From: Candidatus Thorarchaeota archaeon
Lineage (GTDB): Archaea; Asgardarchaeota; Thorarchaeia; Thorarchaeales; Thorarchaeaceae
Length of the DNA stretch: 64,000 bases
Direction of reading: 5' to 3'
NCBI GenBank assembly: GCA_048884965.1
Contig: JBHLQH010000010.1
Span: forward strand, 51,956 to 115,955
In this document: piece after piece, positions 58,648 to 64,000 of the stretch
How positions within the stretch are numbered: the first letter of the stretch is position 1
Layout of the letters: the number at the start of each line of letters is the position of its first letter
Position numbers and translations under genes: made by a program
Notes under the pieces: model-generated
What the model saw: the letters and a program-made list of their open reading frames with translations, nothing else
The model's database searches: none
What the model was told of the DNA's origin: nothing

Positions 58648-59607
58648 ATGGCACTCAAACACTACATTAAATTAATGAGACCTCATCAATGGTACAAGAA
58701 CTTCCTTGTGTACCTAGCTATTATATTTGCTAATGTCAGAGACCCGCTGCCAGCTATTCTCAATCTTATGAATTATATTCCTCTTACACTAGGATTTGCT
58801 GCGTTCTGCTTGGTTTCAAGTGCAGGCTATATCTTCAATGATGTGAAGGATATTGAAGAAGACGCTGCGCACCCTGAGAAAAAGAATCGACCACTTCCTT
58901 CAGGTTCTGTAGCACGCAGCAGTGCCGTGCTCTTCGGAGCTGCATTAATGGCGGGAGGGCTTGCTCTTTCATTCCTTCTCGATGGAATTTTCTTCATCCT
59001 TGTTATCTTCTATATCATCAATTCACAGGCATACAATTACTTCCTAAGGAATTACGCAGTAGTTGATGTTGTCACTATAGGCATTGGATTCATCATCCGA
59101 GCGGTTTCGGGAACTTTCCTGGTTCACGTCCCATTCACTTCTTGGCTTATCCTTGGTGTATTCTTCATCGCACTAATACTTGGATTCGGAAAGAGAAAGA
59201 ACGAGCTTATGCTTTTGGGAGATGATGCCGGTCAGCACAAAAAAGTATTCACTCAATACAACATGACCTTTCTGGATCAAGCTGTGAATATGTCTGCGAC
59301 TTGGCTTGTGTTCTTCTATACTCTCTATGTCTACCAGAATTTTGGATCATACTTCGATACACAACCAGTTCTCCTGACTGTGCCAATAGTAGCAGGACTT
59401 ACATTGCGTTATGTATTCCTGATTTATATTGGACATGCAGTGGCTAGAAAGCCGCATCTTGCTATAAAGGACAGAGGGATGGTTGCGGGAATAATCTTGT
59501 TTGGACTTGTCCTAGCAATTACTGTACTGAGAATCGGTGACCAAACAATCTGGACAATCATCTTCAATTTCTTCCACGTTTTGATTCCTGATTATCCGAT
59601 TATTTAA
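58648..59607 (+). CDS. UbiA-family polyprenyl-phosphate phosphoribosyltransferase (Rv3806c/DPPR-synthase-like)
   Basis: LMRPHQWYKN, YIFNDVKDIEEDAAHPEKKNRPLPSG and GKRKNEL are characteristic of this subfamily. Confidence 0.85.
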   Translation: MALKHYIKLMRPHQWYKNFLVYLAIIFANVRDPLPAILNLMNYIPLTLGFAAFCLVSSAGYIFNDVKDIEEDAAHPEKKNRPLPSGSVARSSAVLFGAALMAGGLALSFLLDGIFFILVIFYIINSQAYNYFLRNYAVVDVVTIGIGFIIRAVSGTFLVHVPFTSWLILGVFFIALILGFGKRKNELMLLGDDAGQHKKVFTQYNMTFLDQAVNMSATWLVFFYTLYVYQNFGSYFDTQPVLLTVPIVAGLTLRYVFLIYIGHAVARKPHLAIKDRGMVAGIILFGLVLAITVLRIGDQTIWTIIFNFFHVLIPDYPII

Positions 59608-60296
59608 TGGGAGAAAGAGAAATGGAGAATCGCCTCTCAGCATTTGACCTTCATATGCATACATTGCATTCGAAGGATGGCTTGAATAATCCTAGAAACC
59701 TGTTCAAGCTTATGAAGAAAAAAGGATTGAGAGGTCTTGCTCCAACTGAGCATTGGAAAGCATCGACACTGAAAGTCATAGAGAGAAATGATCGTTTCAT
59801 CATTCCTGCATGTGAGTTCAAGACTAGTGACTATGGGGAAGTCATTGGGCTCTTTTTGAATGATAATATAGAAAATCGCTCATTCGAAGAAATCGCTGAT
59901 GATGTTCATGCGCAGGGAGGATTGCTAATACTCCCACATCCTTGCGATCCTCTAAGGAAACACACTGCAATCAGAAGAGGACTTCCTGAGGAATTGATCA
60001 AGAAGCATATAGACTTGATAGAAGGGATAAACTCCCGGTGCATAATCAACTTGTTCAATACTAGAGCACAAGAATTGGCCAAGTACCTTGGAAAGCCTGT
60101 TACAGCTGGAAGTGATGGACATTCATTCCTAGAAGTTGGACACGCCAAGACTTGGCTACAAGATATCAATTCTCCAGACGATATCTATCAAGCACTAAAA
60201 CAGGGAAAGACACAGATTACTGGATACTGCTCCATCTTTCTCTATCATATTCCAACAATGATTTGGCAAAGAGTGAGGAAAATAGCAAATGTCTGA
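59607..60296 (+). CDS. PHP-domain phosphoesterase
   Basis: DLHMHTLHSKDG, TEH, PHP, EGINSR and GSDGH motifs. Confidence 0.9.
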   Translation: MGEREMENRLSAFDLHMHTLHSKDGLNNPRNLFKLMKKKGLRGLAPTEHWKASTLKVIERNDRFIIPACEFKTSDYGEVIGLFLNDNIENRSFEEIADDVHAQGGLLILPHPCDPLRKHTAIRRGLPEELIKKHIDLIEGINSRCIINLFNTRAQELAKYLGKPVTAGSDGHSFLEVGHAKTWLQDINSPDDIYQALKQGKTQITGYCSIFLYHIPTMIWQRVRKIANV

Positions 60297-61329
60297 TTTA
60301 AAATCCGTATCAACAGGTGAGAGTAAATCTTTCATCAGCATGGGAAAGCTTGTAGCAATGGTCATTATCGCGATGGCCATCTACCTCATTATGATGTTCC
60401 TCTCTAATTGGAACGATGTCGTTGCGGTCCTCGTTAGTATGGAATGGTATTGGATCATTCCGGCTATGATGGGTTTGAGCTTTCTGAATTATGTCATCAG
60501 ATACTTCAAATGGAATTACTACCTTCATAGAATCGGAGTCCATTTCTCACATGCAGATAGCTTCAGTATCTTTCTTGCAGGATTCACTTTGACAGTTAGT
60601 CCAGGTAAGATTGGAGAAGCGATAAAGGGATACTTCTGTCGAGATGTTGATGGGACACCAGTTGCAAAGACCGTACCAGTAGTCGTTTCTGAACGTGTTA
60701 CCGACCTCATGGCAATGGTTATTCTTGCGGCATTCTCGTTCCTGTTCATTTTCTCTGAAGGAAATCAAATACTCATGATCCTAGCTGTTGGCGGAGTTGT
60801 GGTTCTTGGAGCTTTTATTCTCACGAACAAAGTATTCTATGATAAGATTCTGAAACGGATGGTTTCATTCGGACCTCTCAAACAATTCCAAGATAGCTGT
60901 GATGTTATTGAGGATACGATGGTGAAGACGTTATCACCCAAGCCTATGGTCCTAGGCGTTCTTATCAGCGTTCCAGGATGGTTTATGGAGTGCCTTGAAC
61001 TATGGCTGCTCTTATCCTTCATAACAGGAGCAGGATTCCCTTCACTAACAGTAGCATCCCTGACTCTATTGATTCAAGCGACCTTTGTTCATGCTAGTGC
61101 TTCAGCCGTTGGAGCATTGGCTTTCTTCACACCAGGAGGAGTAGGTGCCTACGAAATCTATGCACCTACCGTGCTTACGACATTCGGTATTGCATTGGCA
61201 ATAGCAACTGCGGGAACAATTGTAATTAGATTCGTTACTTTGTGGTTTAGTGTAATCGTAGGCTTTGTAGCCTTGGCAGTTGTCACTCATCGTAATCGTA
61301 AACGACAATGCGAGAATCCACAAACGTAG
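60289..61329 (+). CDS. Lysylphosphatidylglycerol-synthase TM-domain / flippase-like membrane protein (UPF0104, AglD2-like)
   Basis: RYFKWNYYL, SPGKIGEAIK, ERVTD, TPGGVGAYE and IRFVTLW motifs. Confidence 0.88.
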   Translation: MSDLKSVSTGESKSFISMGKLVAMVIIAMAIYLIMMFLSNWNDVVAVLVSMEWYWIIPAMMGLSFLNYVIRYFKWNYYLHRIGVHFSHADSFSIFLAGFTLTVSPGKIGEAIKGYFCRDVDGTPVAKTVPVVVSERVTDLMAMVILAAFSFLFIFSEGNQILMILAVGGVVVLGAFILTNKVFYDKILKRMVSFGPLKQFQDSCDVIEDTMVKTLSPKPMVLGVLISVPGWFMECLELWLLLSFITGAGFPSLTVASLTLLIQATFVHASASAVGALAFFTPGGVGAYEIYAPTVLTTFGIALAIATAGTIVIRFVTLWFSVIVGFVALAVVTHRNRKRQCENPQT

Positions 61330-61349
61330 TTATTTTCCGTATCACTAAG

Positions 61350-61378
61350 AAAAGAAAGGGGATTATACCAATCCCCTT
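61350..61378. terminator. Hairpin between convergent genes
   Basis: AAGGGGATT-ATACC-AATCCCCTT (61356-61378), followed on the minus strand by a T-rich tract. Confidence 0.6.
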
Positions 61379-61384
61379 CCCTTG

Positions 61385-64000
61385 CTAATCAAGTCGGATT
61401 CCTAGGCTATCTAGAAGCGCTTCAAGATCTGCTTTTGACAGATTCTTAGCCTCCTGAAGAATCACTTCAATTTCTTCAGGAGCTAATCCTTTGGTGATGA
61501 GCTTCTGTCTAATCTCATCCAATTCTTCTGGTTGAGCACCTAAGGTGTCGGAAACTTCAGGGATTGTCTCACGTTCCCTTCCTCGTGCCAGTGCATCAGC
61601 TCTACGTGCTTCCTCCTGATCAATGACTTCGCGGATGAATCCAGGTCGCTCACTTGCCTTCATCTTGGCAAGATCGGCTCTGAACGCCTCGATTTCAATT
61701 GCGCCAAGACCAGTTATTTCAGCAAGACGCTCGAGCAATGCATTGACTTCGGGGATATGAGCTTCAATACTCTCACCAGCGACATCCTCTGGAAGTTTCA
61801 AAATACCTGTAGAACGTAGCTCTTCATTCACCGTGTCCAAAACAGTCTTTTGCCGAGAAGGCCATATGCCAGGCTTTGGCACAGTACCTTTCTCTAGAGC
61901 TTTGATCATGCGGTTCATTGATCGTATCTGTTTTGGAACACTCCAAACTCTAACATAGTAAAACAACATAACTGCTACGAGGATGAGCAATGCTCCTCCT
62001 CCATATGTTGCATTTCTGATCAGTGTTTGCTCTGGAGTTGGATTCGAGTCAATCTCAAGATCAACGGTCGCGACAGCATAATCGCCTCTTGAGAATCGGA
62101 TGGTTATATCGTAGATACCACCAGATTGCACTATGAAGTAGAGGACATATGTTCCCCCTGTTTCATCAATGGTACGGAGGAAGTTCGGATAATAAACAAC
62201 GGACTCACCATTGTTGGAGGTCACGGTATAGGAAATTATCGCATAAGGAATGGTTACTCCATGATCAAGATCGCGATATGAAATCGTTATTTCAATGGGG
62301 TCTCCAGGCAATGTATTGATGACTTCATCCGTGTTGACAAGCGCCAGATCAGTATTCACTTGTCTAACGGTTACTAGTATTTGGAATGCTGATATTTGAT
62401 ATAATGGATTGGCAAAAGAGAGATCGATTGTATACTGTCCAATGACAAGATCACTGGGGATGATGAGAATATAGCTACCGTTTTCATGGATATCCAACTC
62501 AATCTGTTCAAGTCCCACCCAGTTTGCGATTCCTGAGGCATCACTCACAATTGTATTCAAAGCAGTATTGTTAAGGCTGTAATAGTAAGTGAGAGTATCA
62601 TTGACAGGGATGGATACTACAGAGGGTCCTAGGATCGAGATTGGGAATGGATTCAAGTCAAGGCGAACTCTCATGCTTGAGGTTGCGTAGTTTGCGAGTG
62701 TAAAGGTCACATCAATATTGTATGCCTTCGGAGTCGTGGCATTCAATACTATAGCTACTGAATACATTCCATCACCAAGGTCAGTAACTTCACCAGAGCC
62801 TCCTTCCCAACTAACAGAAACATCAGCCCCTGAGATAGGACTGTCTGTTAGCGAGTTGTTTAGAGAGAACTCATAGACCACAGTATCGCCATAATAACCA
62901 AATTTCGAACTCAAATCGACAGAGAGACTTGTAGGTACTGGCTGAATGTTGACGAGGTACTTCATCACTTTGGTTTCATACGATTCGAGAGATACCGTGA
63001 GCTGCAAATAGAGAATCTGCGCAGCTAGCAATGAGGTGTCAATCGATGCAGTGTATGATCCGTTTGGAAGCTCTAGCAATGTACCAGTCAAGCTGGCGAT
63101 CGAGTAGCTGATATTGGCTCCAGTCACGACACCTCCTACATAGTCCTTGATTGTGATCATCAATTCCAGAGCATCACCAAAGTAAACAACATAACTCGTT
63201 GCCAGATTCGGAAGAGATAGTGTAATTGGAATAGGGTCAATATACACATCCAAGATTTGCTCTAGAAAGATGTAGTTTGTTTGTACAGCAATAATGGTCA
63301 ACTCGTAGGATCCGATTGGGAATCCAACGCTATCAAGTTGTCCTATATAGTAACCAGCAGTTCCATTTGCAGAAAGGTAATAGATAGAATTGTTCCATTC
63401 CATTGAAACTATTGCGCCTGTAATTGGTTGATTGCGGGATGTGTCATTGAGATATACCCAGAACTCGTGCATCATACCAGTAATGATAGTAAGCACGGAT
63501 TGCTCAGGATTCATTGTGCCAATAGCCTTTGATATGATGAAAGTCATTGTTGCTTGTTTTGGCTGATAATACAATCGGGTGATTGTGATTTGAGGTTGGT
63601 ATATTCCAAAGTTGTTGTCCGTAGTATCGAGGGTAATAACATAGGTTCCGTTTAGAAGGTCTGTAAACTGATACAAAGTGCCATTCCAGAGGATTGTTGT
63701 GTTCATACCAGGAATGTATGTTCCGTAAGTAGGGTCTCTAACATTCAATCTTAGGGTGATATACTCACCCCAATCTGCATAGATTGTAGTTTGAGCGAGA
63801 ATTATCTGCGATGATGCGGCGCCGGGCGTGACACTTACCGTAATGTTGGATGTGATATAGTAAGTCAATTCAGCCTGAATAGTGAACAAGTACTCCTGTG
63901 ACAATAATCCTGTTGTGTTGAGGGTTATTCTGTAAATTCCCCCACCCACCTCAATAATTGTCGCATCGGTTGAATAGAGAGAAACCCAGTCGGTAGTGAT
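61385..64000 (-). CDS. Large Ig-like repeat surface protein with single TM and about 190 aa cytoplasmic domain; 5' end outside the window
   Basis: The frame is open to the window edge (ITTDWVSLYSTDATIIEVGGG). Repeats of about 95 aa with GAxV..W...DLGxGxY and many NxT/S sequons. TM helix GGGALLILVAVMLFYYV. Confidence 0.88.
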   Translation of the reverse strand: MTTDWVSLYSTDATIIEVGGGIYRITLNTTGLLSQEYLFTIQAELTYYITSNITVSVTPGAASSQIILAQTTIYADWGEYITLRLNVRDPTYGTYIPGMNTTILWNGTLYQFTDLLNGTYVITLDTTDNNFGIYQPQITITRLYYQPKQATMTFIISKAIGTMNPEQSVLTIITGMMHEFWVYLNDTSRNQPITGAIVSMEWNNSIYYLSANGTAGYYIGQLDSVGFPIGSYELTIIAVQTNYIFLEQILDVYIDPIPITLSLPNLATSYVVYFGDALELMITIKDYVGGVVTGANISYSIASLTGTLLELPNGSYTASIDTSLLAAQILYLQLTVSLESYETKVMKYLVNIQPVPTSLSVDLSSKFGYYGDTVVYEFSLNNSLTDSPISGADVSVSWEGGSGEVTDLGDGMYSVAIVLNATTPKAYNIDVTFTLANYATSSMRVRLDLNPFPISILGPSVVSIPVNDTLTYYYSLNNTALNTIVSDASGIANWVGLEQIELDIHENGSYILIIPSDLVIGQYTIDLSFANPLYQISAFQILVTVRQVNTDLALVNTDEVINTLPGDPIEITISYRDLDHGVTIPYAIISYTVTSNNGESVVYYPNFLRTIDETGGTYVLYFIVQSGGIYDITIRFSRGDYAVATVDLEIDSNPTPEQTLIRNATYGGGALLILVAVMLFYYVRVWSVPKQIRSMNRMIKALEKGTVPKPGIWPSRQKTVLDTVNEELRSTGILKLPEDVAGESIEAHIPEVNALLERLAEITGLGAIEIEAFRADLAKMKASERPGFIREVIDQEEARRADALARGRERETIPEVSDTLGAQPEELDEIRQKLITKGLAPEEIEVILQEAKNLSKADLEALLDSLGIRLD

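Overview
This is a gene-dense archaeal window, most likely from an Asgard archaeon of the Thorarchaeia type. That assignment is an inference from TATA-box promoters, TrmB regulators, several roadblock proteins with a small GTPase, a V4R-like protein, an LRR protein, a PPP phosphatase and giant single-pass surface proteins. I found no rRNA, tRNA, CRISPR array or transposase. The main modules are: (1) 3.5-10.8 kb, a multi-TM degenerate histidine kinase divergent from an HTH-PAS / V4R / roadblock / MglA-CvnD-type GTPase / roadblock / roadblock cluster, resembling a conservon or Rag-Ragulator G-protein switch; (2) 15-21 kb, a MoxR AAA+ / VWA / SWIM operon in which the VWA protein starts with an apparent copy of the AAA+ lid and the ATPase has a D->N Walker B; (3) 21-35.7 kb, two tightly coupled giant membrane-anchored proteins, one of FG-GAP propellers and one with helical and beta regions plus about 25 thrombospondin-3-like Ca loops; (4) a TrmB regulator with about 700 aa of 11-residue helical repeats between its DNA-binding and effector domains; (5) a Rab-like pseudo-GTPase heading a LOG / PPP phosphatase run followed by TldD / PmbA; (6) a DUF362 / prenyl-phosphate phosphoribosyltransferase / PHP / flippase operon next to a truncated giant Ig-repeat surface protein. 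The rest is transporters (ABC solute-binding protein, three CDFs, MFS), methyltransferases, proteases and hypothetical proteins. All family calls come from reading motifs by eye; no database search was run.
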